A stretch of DNA of 64,000 bases from Bacteroidales bacterium (GCA_004557315.1 SFEH01000005.1:3816-67815), one strand, 5' to 3'; positions 8,700 through 20,432 are shown, counted from the first letter of the stretch. The notes: a model not told the origin generated them from the letters alone. Made by a program: numbers and translations.

Positions 8700-10571
8700 T
8701 TATGTCACTGATGTTTCACGTGAAGCATCGAAGTAATCTCTGATTTTTTGAGCCTTTGAAGAGCCCACAATCGTCGTTAGTTCGTCGGTTGTGGCTTCTT
8801 TTATTCTCTTTACACTCTTCAGTGCCTTGATCAGTTGCTGGCGTGTCTTTGGCCCAATTCCTGAGATGTTGTCGAGCTCCGACTTCACTTGCGACTTGCT
8901 TCTTTTGTCTCGGTGGAAAGAGATGGCAAAGCGGTGAACCTCCTCCTGAATTCGTTCGAGAAGATGGAAAAGATTGGAGCTAGGCTTGACATCGACTTCT
9001 TTTGCGGGGCTGCCGAAGAGAAGATGTCGTGTGCGGTGTTGACCGTCTTTGACCAGACCTCCGACTGGAATCTGCAGTTTCTCGCGGATGTCGTGAAGCG
9101 TTTTCTCGTCAATCTCTCCTCGCATGTGGGTTGCTACGTATTGCGATTCGAGGTCGATGAGGGCTTCGCGAATTACGCCCATCTGCCCTACCCCACCGTC
9201 GGCAATGATGAGGTCGGGAACCTCGAGTTGCTCGTCGATCACGCGTCGGTAGCGTCGAATCACTACCTCGTGCATTGAGGCATAGTCGTCGGCACCGACC
9301 ACTGTTTTGATGTTGAATTTGCGGTACTGTTTCTTGTCGGGTTTGCCCGCAATGAAGACAACGCATGAGGCCACTGCATCTGTTCCCGACACGTTGGAGT
9401 TGTCGAAACTCTCGATGTGCATAGGCAGTTTCGGCAAGCCCAGCTGCTTCTGGATTTCCGAAAGCAAGAGCAAGTTGCGCTGCTCGGGATTGAGCTTTTC
9501 CGCTTGCTTGATCTGGTCGATGCGATACTGCTTGCAGTTCTTGTCGGCAAGCTCGAGCAGCTTGCGCTTGTCGCCTCTCTGCGGAATGGTACACTCCACG
9601 CCCTCGGGCAACATCGACGGAGCAAAAGGCACTATCACCTCCTGTGACATGCTCTCGAAACGCTCTCTCATTTCGCTTATTCCAAGCGCCAGAACGTCCT
9701 CCTTTTCCTCGTCGATATTCTTCTTGTATTCGAAGATGTAGCTCTGGATGATGGCTCCCTGCATGATGTGGAAATAAGCCACAACGGCGTTATTTTCCTC
9801 CTCGTCGTAGGCAAACACATCGACGTTGCTGATAGTCGATGGCACAATGTTGCTGCGGGTCCTGTAGCTCTCTATTAGCTCGCATCGTTCCTTTATGGCA
9901 GCAGCCTCTTCGAACTTCATCTCCTCGGCTTTTGCTGTCATCTGGTCGTGCAGGGTGCGTATCAGTTCGGATGTGCGCCCGCGCAGAATCTGTTTGATTT
10001 CTTCGATTCCCTCCTGGTATGTTTCACGTGAAACGAGGTTGGCGCATGGAGCCTGGCACTTCTCGATGTGGTATTTCAGACACACCTTATAGTTCTTCTC
10101 CTCGATCATGGTCTCTTGCAGATTGAGGCTGCAAGTGCGGATTTTGTACATTCGCTCGAACAGGTCGATGAGGGTTTTGGCGACCATGATGTTGGTGTAG
10201 GGTCCGAAATATGACGAGCCGTCCTTCACCACGTTTCGGGTGAGAAAGACGCGCGGGAAGGCTTCGTTTCTGACGCAGATCCATGGGTAGGTCTTGCCGT
10301 CTTTGAGCAGGACATTGTACTTTGGCTGATGCGCCTTGATCATTCTGTTCTCCAGGTTGAGCGCATCGTTCTCGGTGTTTACTACTATATATTTAAGGTC
10401 GTAGATCTGGCGCACGAGATTGGCAGTGCGACGAGATTCGTGTTCTTTGGTAAAGTAGCTCGACACACGACGTTTTAGGTTCTTCGCCTTGCCCACATAG
10501 ATGATTGTTCCCTCGGCATCATAATAACGATATACGCCTGGGGAATCGGGCATGATGTTGACGATCGACAT
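8700..10571 (-). CDS. uvrC: Excinuclease ABC subunit C
   Basis: GIY-YIG block GVYRYYDAEGTIIYVGKAKNLKRRVSSYF; UvrBC-interaction and HhH-type C-terminus (ISGIGPKTRQQLIKAL). ATG at 10571 chosen because the longest ORF starts at a TTG at 10634. Confidence 0.92.
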   Translation of the reverse strand: MSIVNIMPDSPGVYRYYDAEGTIIYVGKAKNLKRRVSSYFTKEHESRRTANLVRQIYDLKYIVVNTENDALNLENRMIKAHQPKYNVLLKDGKTYPWICVRNEAFPRVFLTRNVVKDGSSYFGPYTNIMVAKTLIDLFERMYKIRTCSLNLQETMIEEKNYKVCLKYHIEKCQAPCANLVSRETYQEGIEEIKQILRGRTSELIRTLHDQMTAKAEEMKFEEAAAIKERCELIESYRTRSNIVPSTISNVDVFAYDEEENNAVVAYFHIMQGAIIQSYIFEYKKNIDEEKEDVLALGISEMRERFESMSQEVIVPFAPSMLPEGVECTIPQRGDKRKLLELADKNCKQYRIDQIKQAEKLNPEQRNLLLLSEIQKQLGLPKLPMHIESFDNSNVSGTDAVASCVVFIAGKPDKKQYRKFNIKTVVGADDYASMHEVVIRRYRRVIDEQLEVPDLIIADGGVGQMGVIREALIDLESQYVATHMRGEIDEKTLHDIREKLQIPVGGLVKDGQHRTRHLLFGSPAKEVDVKPSSNLFHLLERIQEEVHRFAISFHRDKRSKSQVKSELDNISGIGPKTRQQLIKALKSVKRIKEATTDELTTIVGSSKAQKIRDYFDASRETSVT

Positions 10572-10736
10572 CAGGTAGTCGTAGCGAGGATTGTCTTTAG
10601 CTTGAATCACTCTTCTTGGTATTTTAAATAACAATGCCTAGTAGTTTGTAAACTCTAAAAGTTGATTTTGAAAATGCAAATTAAAGCCTATTATTCAACA
10701 CGAACATCAATCGACGTTTGTAAACTTTTAGGCTTA

Positions 10737-10791
10737 CAATGCCTACGTTAGCTTAGTTTTGTTTTTAATTATCTTGGCAACGTAGGCATTG
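10737..10791. repeat. 13-bp perfect inverted repeat between apt and uvrC
   Basis: caatgcctacgtt (10737-10749) and aacgtaggcattg (10779-10791). The word acaatgccta recurs at 10631-10640, and gtttgtaaact occurs twice (10645, 10716). Confidence 0.8.
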
Positions 10792-10813
10792 GTGTTATCG
10801 ACTATTGTTTAGT

Positions 10814-11347
10814 TTATTCTCCTTCGTAGGTTATTGGGCAATAAACTTCCGCATCTTCTGGGAACACTTCCCTACCCTTTAGATCGACGAGTTCGATGAT
10901 GCAGTTGATATAGACCTTCTTTACGCCAAGCTTCTTGCAGAGGTCGTAGGCAGCTTTCATTGTGCCGCCAGTAGCCATGAGGTCATCGTGGATGAGCACG
11001 ATATCATCGGCACAGAGGGCGTCCTTGTGGATCTCGATTTTGTCTGTTCCGTATTCGAGGGCATACTCCTGTGAGATGGTCTCTGCTGGCAGCTTGCCAG
11101 GTTTGCGGATGGTGACAAAGCCTGCGTTGATGTTGTTGGCAATTATCGGTCCAAGGATGAAGCCACGGCTCTCGATGCCGAGCACCTTGGTGATGCCACG
11201 TCCAGTGTAGTAGCCTGTCAGTCCGTTGGCGAGTTCGCGAAGGCAAGCAGGGTTCTTGAGTACGGTGGTGATGTCGCGGAACATGATTCCTGGCTTTGGG
11301 AAGTCTGGGACAGTGCGCAGGTTGGCTTTGATCAATTCGGTGTTCAT
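10814..11347 (-). CDS. apt: Adenine phosphoribosyltransferase
   Basis: 177 aa; VPDFPKPGIMFRDIT and PRTase motif VLIHDDLMATGGT. Confidence 0.93.
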   Translation of the reverse strand: MNTELIKANLRTVPDFPKPGIMFRDITTVLKNPACLRELANGLTGYYTGRGITKVLGIESRGFILGPIIANNINAGFVTIRKPGKLPAETISQEYALEYGTDKIEIHKDALCADDIVLIHDDLMATGGTMKAAYDLCKKLGVKKVYINCIIELVDLKGREVFPEDAEVYCPITYEGE

Positions 11348-11400
11348 AATTTTGATGGGTTAAATAATATGTTTGATTGTTTATGATTCTTTTGTTGCCT

Positions 11401-11435
11401 CGCTCTTCTTCGGTGTCGCGCTCTTCTTCGGTGTC
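11401..11435. repeat. Tandem duplication of a 17-nt word (cgctcttcttcggtgtc x2, period 18)
   Basis: Read directly. Lies immediately 3' of the mnmG stop codon (11438-11440). Confidence 0.9.
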
Positions 11436-11437
11436 TC

Positions 11438-13330
11438 TCACCTGCCCATCAGGACGAGCAGTATGTTGATGTCGGCAGGTGAAATGCCTGGGATTCTCGA
11501 TGCCTGTCCGATGGTCTCTGGGCGAATCTTCGAGAGTTTCTGTCGAGCCTCTATCGTGAGTTGCATAAGCGAATTGTAGTCGATGGTCTTTGGCAATTTG
11601 ATGTTCTCGAGTCGCTGAAGCTTGTCGGCTATCATGCGTTCGCGGTCGATGTAGCCCGCATACTTGATGCGTATCTCTGTTGCCTCGATGATCTCTTCGC
11701 GTCGGTTAGGGATTGAGTCGAGCAGTTCCTTCAACTCTGGAATGTATTCGGCAAGCAGGAGGATTGAGAGCTGTGGGCGATTGACGAGCGAGATGAGTCG
11801 GCAGCCTTCCTTGAGTGGAGTCTCGTTGAGTGCGACAAGAGTGTCGTTGAACGAAAGTTTCACGTGGAACAATTCGCAGAAGCTGATGATCTTCTCGATC
11901 CATTCTTTCTTCTCGACCATCAGGTCGTAGCGTTGCTGGTCGGCAAGTCCGATGGCATAGCCTCGCGGAGTGAGACGCATGTCGGCATCGTCCTGTCGGA
12001 GAAGGATGCGGTATTCGGCACGGCTCGTGAACATGCGGTATGGCTCATCGACACCCTTGGTCACAAGGTCGTCGATAAGGACGCCGATGTACGACTCGTC
12101 GCGACCCAGTGTGAAAGGCTCCTTGCCCTGTACTCGCAGGCAGGCATTGATACCGGCCACCAAGCCTTGTCCGCCTGCTTCCTCATAACCCGTCGTGCCG
12201 TTGATCTGTCCTGCGAAATATAGATTATCGACAAGCTTCGTTTCAAGAGTGTGCAGAAGCTGGGTTGGGTCGAAGAAGTCGTATTCGATGGCATAGCCAG
12301 GGCGGAAAGCCCTGGCATTGGCGAGAGCAGGTATCTTGTGGAGAGCCTCCATCTGAATGTCGATAGGAAGCGATGACGAGAAGCCATTGAGATAATACTC
12401 CTGGGTGTCGTTGCCTTCGGGCTCGAGAAAGAGCAAGTGATGATCCTTGTCGGCAAACGTCACTATCTTGGTCTCGATGCTCGGACAGTAGCGAGGGCCT
12501 ATGCTTTGGATCTGTCCGTTGTAGAGCGGAGAGTCGGGCAAGCCTCTTCGAAGTATGTCATGAACCTCCTCGTTGGTCTGAATTGTCCAGCATGGCATCT
12601 GCTGAAGCGACTTATGTGCTTGATAATCAAGGAAGGAGAACTTATGAAAATCCATTTCTCCATCCTGTCGTTCGGCTTTGCTGAAGTCGATTGTCTTGCC
12701 GTCGATGCGTACGGGTGTCCCTGTTTTCATGCGTGAAGTGCTGAATCCCAGTGCTTTAAGCTGTTCTGTTAGCCCATAGCTGGCAGGTTCGCCCACTCGT
12801 CCGCCCTCAATCATGGTTCGTCCGATGTGCATCAGACCATTGAGGAAGGTGCCGGCTGTGAGCACGACTGTCTTGGCATTGAACTGCACGCCCATCTGCG
12901 TGACAGCACCCGTGACTTTGAGTTTCTGCTCCTCCCCTACCCTCTCGAAGAGGAACTCGCTGACAGTGTCCTGCCAGATTGAGAGGTTGGGGGTATTCTC
13001 GAGCACCTTGCGCCAAGCCCAGATGAACTTGCCGCGGTCGGACTGTGAACGAGGGCTCCACATGGCAGGACCCTTTGAGCGGTTGAGCATGCGGAACTGG
13101 ATGGAGGTCTCATCGGTGATCTCTCCCATCTTTCCGCCAAGGGCATCGATCTCTCGGACGATCTGTCCCTTTGCTATTCCTCCCACTGCGGGATTGCAGC
13201 TCATCTGTCCGATCTTGTTCATGTCCATTGTGATGAGGCAGGTGCTTGCTCCCATGCGGGCAGCAGCATGAGCTGCCTCGCATCCGGCATGTCCTGCGCC
13301 GATCACCAATACGTCATAGTCGAAAGTCAT
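11438..13330 (-). CDS. mnmG: tRNA uridine 5-carboxymethylaminomethyl modification enzyme MnmG (GidA)
   Basis: FAD-binding N-terminus MTFDYDVLVIGAGHAGCEAA; 630 aa; GidA C-terminal region. The track ORF is extended 60 codons upstream of the ATG at 13330. Confidence 0.93.
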   Translation of the reverse strand: MTFDYDVLVIGAGHAGCEAAHAAARMGASTCLITMDMNKIGQMSCNPAVGGIAKGQIVREIDALGGKMGEITDETSIQFRMLNRSKGPAMWSPRSQSDRGKFIWAWRKVLENTPNLSIWQDTVSEFLFERVGEEQKLKVTGAVTQMGVQFNAKTVVLTAGTFLNGLMHIGRTMIEGGRVGEPASYGLTEQLKALGFSTSRMKTGTPVRIDGKTIDFSKAERQDGEMDFHKFSFLDYQAHKSLQQMPCWTIQTNEEVHDILRRGLPDSPLYNGQIQSIGPRYCPSIETKIVTFADKDHHLLFLEPEGNDTQEYYLNGFSSSLPIDIQMEALHKIPALANARAFRPGYAIEYDFFDPTQLLHTLETKLVDNLYFAGQINGTTGYEEAGGQGLVAGINACLRVQGKEPFTLGRDESYIGVLIDDLVTKGVDEPYRMFTSRAEYRILLRQDDADMRLTPRGYAIGLADQQRYDLMVEKKEWIEKIISFCELFHVKLSFNDTLVALNETPLKEGCRLISLVNRPQLSILLLAEYIPELKELLDSIPNRREEIIEATEIRIKYAGYIDRERMIADKLQRLENIKLPKTIDYNSLMQLTIEARQKLSKIRPETIGQASRIPGISPADINILLVLMGR

Positions 13331-13409
13331 TTCTGTAAATCTGTTTTTTTTCTTTAGCCAAAATTGTAAACTGACCTTTTTGTGAGAGAATGTCGTTCCC
13401 GACTTTTGT

Positions 13410-13829
13410 TTATGCAGGCAGAAGTGCCAAAGCCTTTTCCTCTTCGGCTTCCATGATCTCTCTCTCGCCCGGGCCCTTGTCGTTGATGCCGCAAAGGTGG
13501 AGGATGCCATGGATGATCACTCGGTGCAGTTCGCGTTCGTAAGGCTGCTCAAACTGTTCGGCATTGGTGCGCACGGTGTCGAGACTGATGAAGAGGTCGC
13601 CTGATATCTTGTTGCCCTCGGTGTAGTCGAACGTGATGATGTCGGTGTAGTAATCGTGCTGGAGGTACTGACGATTCACCTCAAGTATCTTCTCGTCGTC
13701 GCAGAAGATATAGGCTATGGCACCCACACGCTTGCCGTGCAGCTCTGCCACCTGCTTGACCCAGTTCCTGATGTCGGTCTTGTTGATTGAAGGCATTTCT
13801 GAACCTTCGTTGTAAAATGATACTGCCAT
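13410..13829 (-). CDS. ybeY: rRNA maturation endoribonuclease YbeY
   Basis: 139 aa; metal-binding motif HGILHLCGINDKG. Confidence 0.9.
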   Translation of the reverse strand: MAVSFYNEGSEMPSINKTDIRNWVKQVAELHGKRVGAIAYIFCDDEKILEVNRQYLQHDYYTDIITFDYTEGNKISGDLFISLDTVRTNAEQFEQPYERELHRVIIHGILHLCGINDKGPGEREIMEAEEEKALALLPA

Positions 13830-13858
13830 AAAATGTAGAGTTTCTTAAATTTTTATTG

Positions 13859-13866
13859 CAAAGATA
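13859..13866 (-). promoter_or_regulatory. -7 box TATCTTTG (minus strand) for ybeY-mnmG
   Basis: Reverse complement of caaagata. Lies 30 nt upstream of the ATG at 13829. Confidence 0.55.
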
Positions 13867-13981
13867 AATAATTAATGTATGAATTGAACAATGATTGGCT
13901 AAAAACTCGCACTTATTATTCTTTTTTTCTACAAATAAACAATTTTACGCTCAAAAAGTTTGTTATGAAAAAATTTAAAAC

Positions 13982-13989
13982 TATATTTG
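13982..13989 (+). promoter_or_regulatory. -7 box TATATTTG for the atp operon
   Basis: TAnnTTTG match 88 nt upstream of the atpD ATG at 14077. Confidence 0.5.
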
Positions 13990-13998
13990 CGAAGCTAA

Positions 13999-15597
<1,599 letters not shown>

Positions 15598-15660
15598 TAA
15601 GCTCTCTGCGTGATTGATAATTGATAATAATAATCGGTAACTATTAATTATCTATTAATT

Positions 15661-15900
15661 ATGTTGAAGCTTATTATCTATAGTCCAGAAAAGACCGTGT
15701 TTGAGGGAGAAGTGTCGCTTTGCGAGGTTCCTGGCAAGAAGGGTCGTTTCGTGATTCTTCAGGATCATGACTCGATTATCTCTACGCTACAGCCTGGAAA
15801 TATTCGTTATGTGGTTGACGGAGAGGAAATTCTGCAACCCGTAACATCGGGCTATGTCGAGGTGCACAATAATGTCATCTCTGCTTGCGTACATCTATGA
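15661..15900 (+). CDS. atpC: F1 ATP synthase epsilon subunit (short form)
   Basis: 79 aa beta-sandwich-only epsilon, placed directly after atpD. Confidence 0.85.
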   Translation: MLKLIIYSPEKTVFEGEVSLCEVPGKKGRFVILQDHDSIISTLQPGNIRYVVDGEEILQPVTSGYVEVHNNVISACVHL

Positions 15901-16172
15901 ACTGGATTGTGGTGCTGATTATTGCGACTGTCGTTGTCGAAGCAGCAATAATCTGGTTCTATCGATGGGTGCAGGCTAATGCGCCAGAGCAAGGCCTGTG
16001 GGTGATACTTGGCTCGAAGGTGGTGAAGCTTCTGCTTGCCGTTGTCGCAATAGTGGCAGTATATGCTCTTGCCGATGGCATCGACATCAAGCATTTCAGC
16101 ATCGGCGTAATAGCAGCCTATCTGGTTTCCTTGTTATTTGAAACAGTATTCTTTCTCAAAAAGAAGAAATAA
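15897..16172 (+). CDS. Small membrane protein of the atp operon (AtpI/AtpZ-like position)
   Basis: ATGA start/stop overlap with atpC. Three hydrophobic segments. Function inferred from position only. Confidence 0.65.
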   Translation: MNWIVVLIIATVVVEAAIIWFYRWVQANAPEQGLWVILGSKVVKLLLAVVAIVAVYALADGIDIKHFSIGVIAAYLVSLLFETVFFLKKKK

Positions 16173-16181
16173 CTAACAATT

Positions 16182-17285
16182 ATGAATATTAGAAATAAGG
16201 CCTGGATGTCTTTTCTTTCAATGATGCTGGCTGTGAGCATGCTCCTCTCCCCTACTGCCGCCATGGCTCAGGAGGGAGAAAGTCATGCAGAGCAGGAAGA
16301 GTCGTCAAAGATTGACATGACTTCCCTTATCCTTGACCATATCAGCGACTCATACGAGTGGCATTTCTGCGGTGAAGGTGAGAATGCCGTGGCTATTCCA
16401 TTGCCAGTATTTGTCTATTCGAAGGTGCGTGGCGAGTGGTTCTTCTTCAGCTTCAAGCATATCGAAGAGGCTGAACACCATCACACTACCTATGAGGGCT
16501 TCAAGCTTGCAGAGGAAGGTGAGGCAAATGAAGGCAAGATTGTCGAACTGAACCCAGCAACAGGCGAATGGGAGCGTCCGCTCGACCTCTCGCTCACCAA
16601 GAATGCGGTGGGACTGTTCCTCAACAGCATCATTCTCATCTGTATCGTCATGTATTGTGCCAACTGGTATAAGAAAAAGAAGCCTGAAGATACTGCTCCA
16701 AAGGGCTTTGTCGGCTTGATTGAGATGATGGTGTCGATGGTCTATAACGACATTATCAAGGCAAATATCCCACAGCACGTACAGCGTTATTCGGGTTATC
16801 TGCTTTGCGCCTTCTTCTTCATCTTCCTGACCAATCTCATTGGTTTGATCCCAGGTTCCGCCAATCTCACAGGAAACATCGCTATCACTTGTGTATTAGC
16901 ATGTTGCACCTTCCTTTTTACCAATATCGGTGGTAACAAGGAATACTGGAAAGAGATATTCTGGGCCGACGGAATGCCAACATGGCTGAAGCCAATTATG
17001 GCAGTCATCGAGTTCTTTGGACTCTTCACTAAGCCAGTCGCACTCATGATCCGTCTCTTTGCCAACATCATGGCAGGTCATGCTGCACTCTTGGCGTTGA
17101 TAGGCGTTATCTTCATCACAGCCCAGATTGGAGCTGCGATTAATGGCATCATGACTCCTTTGGCAGTGTTCTTTGCAATCTTCCTTGATTGCCTCGAACT
17201 CCTCGTTGCCTTCATTCAGGCATACGTCTTCACAATGCTTTCGGCAGTGTTCATCGGACTGTCAGTGCCGAAACATCATCATTGA
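16182..17285 (+). CDS. atpB: F0 ATP synthase subunit a
   Basis: 367 aa polytopic protein; conserved LMIRLFANIMAGH arginine block. Confidence 0.93.
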   Translation: MNIRNKAWMSFLSMMLAVSMLLSPTAAMAQEGESHAEQEESSKIDMTSLILDHISDSYEWHFCGEGENAVAIPLPVFVYSKVRGEWFFFSFKHIEEAEHHHTTYEGFKLAEEGEANEGKIVELNPATGEWERPLDLSLTKNAVGLFLNSIILICIVMYCANWYKKKKPEDTAPKGFVGLIEMMVSMVYNDIIKANIPQHVQRYSGYLLCAFFFIFLTNLIGLIPGSANLTGNIAITCVLACCTFLFTNIGGNKEYWKEIFWADGMPTWLKPIMAVIEFFGLFTKPVALMIRLFANIMAGHAALLALIGVIFITAQIGAAINGIMTPLAVFFAIFLDCLELLVAFIQAYVFTMLSAVFIGLSVPKHHH

Positions 17286-17330
17286 TATTAATCAGAAACA
17301 ATAAATAATAACACTTAAAATTTTACAACT

Positions 17331-17561
17331 ATGCTTTTGGAAATTCTTTCTACACAGGGTGCAGCCGCAATTGGCGCAGGTATCGTAGCAATCGGTGCAG
17401 GTCTTGGTCTTGGCAAGATCGGTTCAGCTGCAATGGACGCAATGGCTCGTCAGCCAGAGGCAATCAGCAAGATTCAGACTCCTATGATCATCATCGGCGC
17501 TCTCGTTGAAGGTGTATCACTTATCGGTGTCGTTGCTTGTCTTCTCGGCGTTCTCGCATAA
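17331..17561 (+). CDS. atpE: F0 ATP synthase subunit c
   Basis: 76 aa hairpin proteolipid; GAGLGLGKIG loop, ARQPE, carboxylate in ALVEGV. Confidence 0.93.
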   Translation: MLLEILSTQGAAAIGAGIVAIGAGLGLGKIGSAAMDAMARQPEAISKIQTPMIIIGALVEGVSLIGVVACLLGVLA

Positions 17562-17641
17562 GTATAAACATATCTGCAAGTTGCCGTAACAGTCAAATGG
17601 CTTGTAATTAGCAATTTGCGTTTAATTATCACATAGCATAT

Positions 17642-18136
17642 ATGTCATTGTTAACTCCCGAAATAGGACTTCTTTTCTGGATGATCGTCGCTTTCGGCGT
17701 GGTCTTCTTTGTGCTTGCGAAGTTCGGTTTCCCAATCATCACCCAGATGGTTGACGAACGCAAGAAGTACATTGACGAGTCGCTTGAGGCTGCTCGCGAG
17801 GCCAACGAGAAACTGGCAAAGATTCAGGAAGAGAGTGCCGCAATGCTTAAGCAGGCCCAGGAAAAGCAAAGCCAGATACTGGCCGAGGCAATGGAGATGC
17901 GTAAGCAGATTGTCGAGAAAGCAGAGACAGAAGCGACTGCTGCAGGCCAGAAGATTATATCTGAAGCCCGCCAGCAGATCCAGGCAGAGAAGGAAGATGC
18001 CATCCGCGACATCCGTCGTCAGGTAGGCGAACTCTCTGTGCAGGTTGCCGAGAAGGTGCTTCGTCAGACCCTTTCGACCGACAAGGAACAAATGGCAATG
18101 ATCGACCGTATGCTCGATGAGTTAGAAACCAAATAA
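17642..18136 (+). CDS. atpF: F0 ATP synthase subunit b
   Basis: N-terminal TM segment followed by a long charged helix; position in operon. Confidence 0.9.
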   Translation: MSLLTPEIGLLFWMIVAFGVVFFVLAKFGFPIITQMVDERKKYIDESLEAAREANEKLAKIQEESAAMLKQAQEKQSQILAEAMEMRKQIVEKAETEATAAGQKIISEARQQIQAEKEDAIRDIRRQVGELSVQVAEKVLRQTLSTDKEQMAMIDRMLDELETK

Positions 18137-18144
18137 TATCAGAC

Positions 18145-18705
18145 ATGGATATTGGAGTAATCGCCAAACGTTATGCCAAGGCACTGTTGCTCTTTGCACA
18201 GGAGCAGAAGGCTGAAGACACTGTCTATCAGGAGGTTCTTCAGTTTATCGACTCGTATGGCAAGGTGGAGCAGTTGGCTACCGTACTGGGAAACCCTCTT
18301 TTGCCAGCTGAGCAGAAAGAGCAGGTTATCTGCCAGGCAGCATCAATCGAGGTGAGCCCAGTCTTCCGGAAATTTGCAACTTTGGTTGTCGCTCATCGTC
18401 GAGAGTCGTTCATGCTCTTCATCGCCTATAGTTATGTTTCTCTCTATCGTGAGCTGAAGCATATCAGCATTGGCAAGCTCATCACTGCCGTACCGGCAAG
18501 CGAAGCTGTTGCCAATCGTCTTGAGAAGCTCATCGAGCAGCGTTCGCAGAACTCTGTAGATGTGGTTCTTGAGACCAAGGTTGATCCAAACATTTTAGGC
18601 GGTTTCATCTTCCAGCTCGACGACTTGCGACTCGATGCAAGTGTGTCGTCGCAGTTTGAGCAGATCAAGAAGCAATTTATTGAAAAGAACAAACGAATCA
18701 TTTGA
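18145..18705 (+). CDS. atpH: F1 ATP synthase delta subunit (OSCP)
   Basis: 186 aa; RYAKALLLFA N-terminus, LGGFIFQLDDLRLDASV C-terminus. Confidence 0.9.
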   Translation: MDIGVIAKRYAKALLLFAQEQKAEDTVYQEVLQFIDSYGKVEQLATVLGNPLLPAEQKEQVICQAASIEVSPVFRKFATLVVAHRRESFMLFIAYSYVSLYRELKHISIGKLITAVPASEAVANRLEKLIEQRSQNSVDVVLETKVDPNILGGFIFQLDDLRLDASVSSQFEQIKKQFIEKNKRII

Positions 18706-18823
18706 CAATTGGACTATTTACGATTTTACAATTGCTTGACTACCAATGAGGTCTTTGTCGGATTGTAAATTGTCAAATGGTAAAATAAGAGAATTGTCAA
18801 ATTGTAAATTGTCAAATTGTAAG
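18703..18823. repeat. Imperfect palindromic element with ATTGTAAA/TTGTCAAA tandem-word arms (element E0), atpH-atpA intergenic
   Basis: The reverse complement of the left arm tgacaattggactatttacgattttacaattgcttgac aligns with gtcggattgtaaattgtcaaatggtaaaataagagaattgtca. The right arm continues as aattgtaaattgtcaaattgtaag. Confidence 0.8.
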
Positions 18824-18831
18824 AAATCAAT

Positions 18832-20412
18832 ATGAGTAATATCAAAGCCAGCGAAGTTAGCGAGGTGCTCCTTGAACAACTCAAGGGCATAGATACAAGC
18901 GCAAAGCTCGACGAGGTGGGCTCGGTGCTCACTGTCGGCGATGGCGTGGCTCGTATCTATGGTCTGCGCAATGCAGAGGCTAACGAATTGTTGGAATTCG
19001 AGAATGGTGTCATGGCCATTGTCATGAACCTCGAAGAGGACAACGTGGGTGCTGTGCTTCTCGGTGGTGCTGAAAAGGTTCGCGAAGGTATGATAGTAAA
19101 ACGTACCAAGCGCATCGCCTCTATTCAGGTCAATGAGAAGATGTTCGGTCGCGTTATCAACCCTCTTGGCGAGCCTCTCGACGGTATGGGTCCTATCGAA
19201 GGCACCAAGTACGAGATGCCACTTGAGCGCAAGGCTCCTGGTGTTGTGTTCCGTCAGCCTGTAAAGCAGCCTCTCCAGACCGGTCTGAAGGCTGTCGATG
19301 CAATGATCCCTATCGGACGTGGACAGCGTGAGCTTATCATCGGTGACCGTCAGACAGGTAAGACTGCCATCGCTATCGACACCATCATCAACCAGAAGGC
19401 CAACTATGAGGCAGGCAAGCCTGTCTATTGTATCTATGTGGCTATAGGTCAGAAGGGTTCGACTGTAGCATCGCTCGTACAGACTCTCCGTGAGAAGGGT
19501 GCAATGCCTTATACTTGCGTCGTGGCTGCTACGGCTGCCGACTCTGCGGCTCTTCAGTATTTCGCTCCTTTTGCAGGTGCAGCTATCGGAGAGTATATCC
19601 GCGACACAGGAGGCCACGCCCTCGTTGTATATGATGACCTTTCAAAGCAGGCCGTTGCCTATCGTGAGGTTTCGTTGATCTTGCGTCGTCCTTCAGGACG
19701 AGAGGCTTACCCAGGCGATGTGTTCTATCTGCACTCTCGTCTCTTGGAGCGTGCGGCAAAGATCATTGAGCAGCAGGAGGTTGCCGAGCAGATGAATGAC
19801 CTTCCAGAGTCGCTCAAGGGTAAGGTAAAGGCTGGTGGTTCGCTCACAGCCCTCCCTATCATCGAGACACAGGCTGGTGACGTTTCTGCTTATATCCCAA
19901 CCAACGTTATCTCAATCACCGATGGACAGATCTTCCTTGAGACCGACCTCTTCAACCAGGGCTTCCGTCCTGCCATCAACGTAGGTATCTCGGTATCTCG
20001 TGTAGGTGGTTCGGCTCAGGTCAAGTCGATGAAGAAGGTGGCAGGTACGCTCAAGATCGACCAGGCACAGTATCGCGAGCTTGAGGCTTTCTCGAAGTTC
20101 TCGAGCGATATGGATGCGGTGACTGCTATGGCTATCGACCGTGGACGCAAGAACAACAAGCTCCTCATCCAGCCACAGTATTGCCCAATGCCTGTAGGTG
20201 AACAGATTGCCATCCTCTATTGCGGTACAAAGGGCTTGATGGCCAAGCTTTCGGTTGATCAGGTTCCAGAGTTCCAGGACAAGTTCCTCTCATTGCTCCG
20301 TGCCGCTCATCAGGAAGACGTCATCGCTCCTCTTGCAGCAGGTAAGATCGACGATAACATCACGGGCATTATCACAGAGATTGCAGCCAACATCTGCACT
20401 GAAATGTTGTAA
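18832..20412 (+). CDS. atpA: F1 ATP synthase alpha subunit
   Basis: Walker [16 protein letters not shown]; 526 aa. Confidence 0.96.
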   Translation: MSNIKASEVSEVLLEQLKGIDTSAKLDEVGSVLTVGDGVARIYGLRNAEANELLEFENGVMAIVMNLEEDNVGAVLLGGAEKVREGMIVKRTKRIASIQVNEKMFGRVINPLGEPLDGMGPIEGTKYEMPLERKAPGVVFRQPVKQPLQTGLKAVDAMIPIGRGQRELIIGDRQTGKTAIAIDTIINQKANYEAGKPVYCIYVAIGQKGSTVASLVQTLREKGAMPYTCVVAATAADSAALQYFAPFAGAAIGEYIRDTGGHALVVYDDLSKQAVAYREVSLILRRPSGREAYPGDVFYLHSRLLERAAKIIEQQEVAEQMNDLPESLKGKVKAGGSLTALPIIETQAGDVSAYIPTNVISITDGQIFLETDLFNQGFRPAINVGISVSRVGGSAQVKSMKKVAGTLKIDQAQYRELEAFSKFSSDMDAVTAMAIDRGRKNNKLLIQPQYCPMPVGEQIAILYCGTKGLMAKLSVDQVPEFQDKFLSLLRAAHQEDVIAPLAAGKIDDNITGIITEIAANICTEML

Positions 20413-20432
20413 TCAAAATATACATTTGAACA

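Noticed and set aside
18718-19617. 299-aa ORF on the minus strand
   Set aside because: It lies entirely antisense to atpA, whose identity is unambiguous. Its composition is typical of a shadow ORF, and its N-terminal part merely translates the E0 tandem words.
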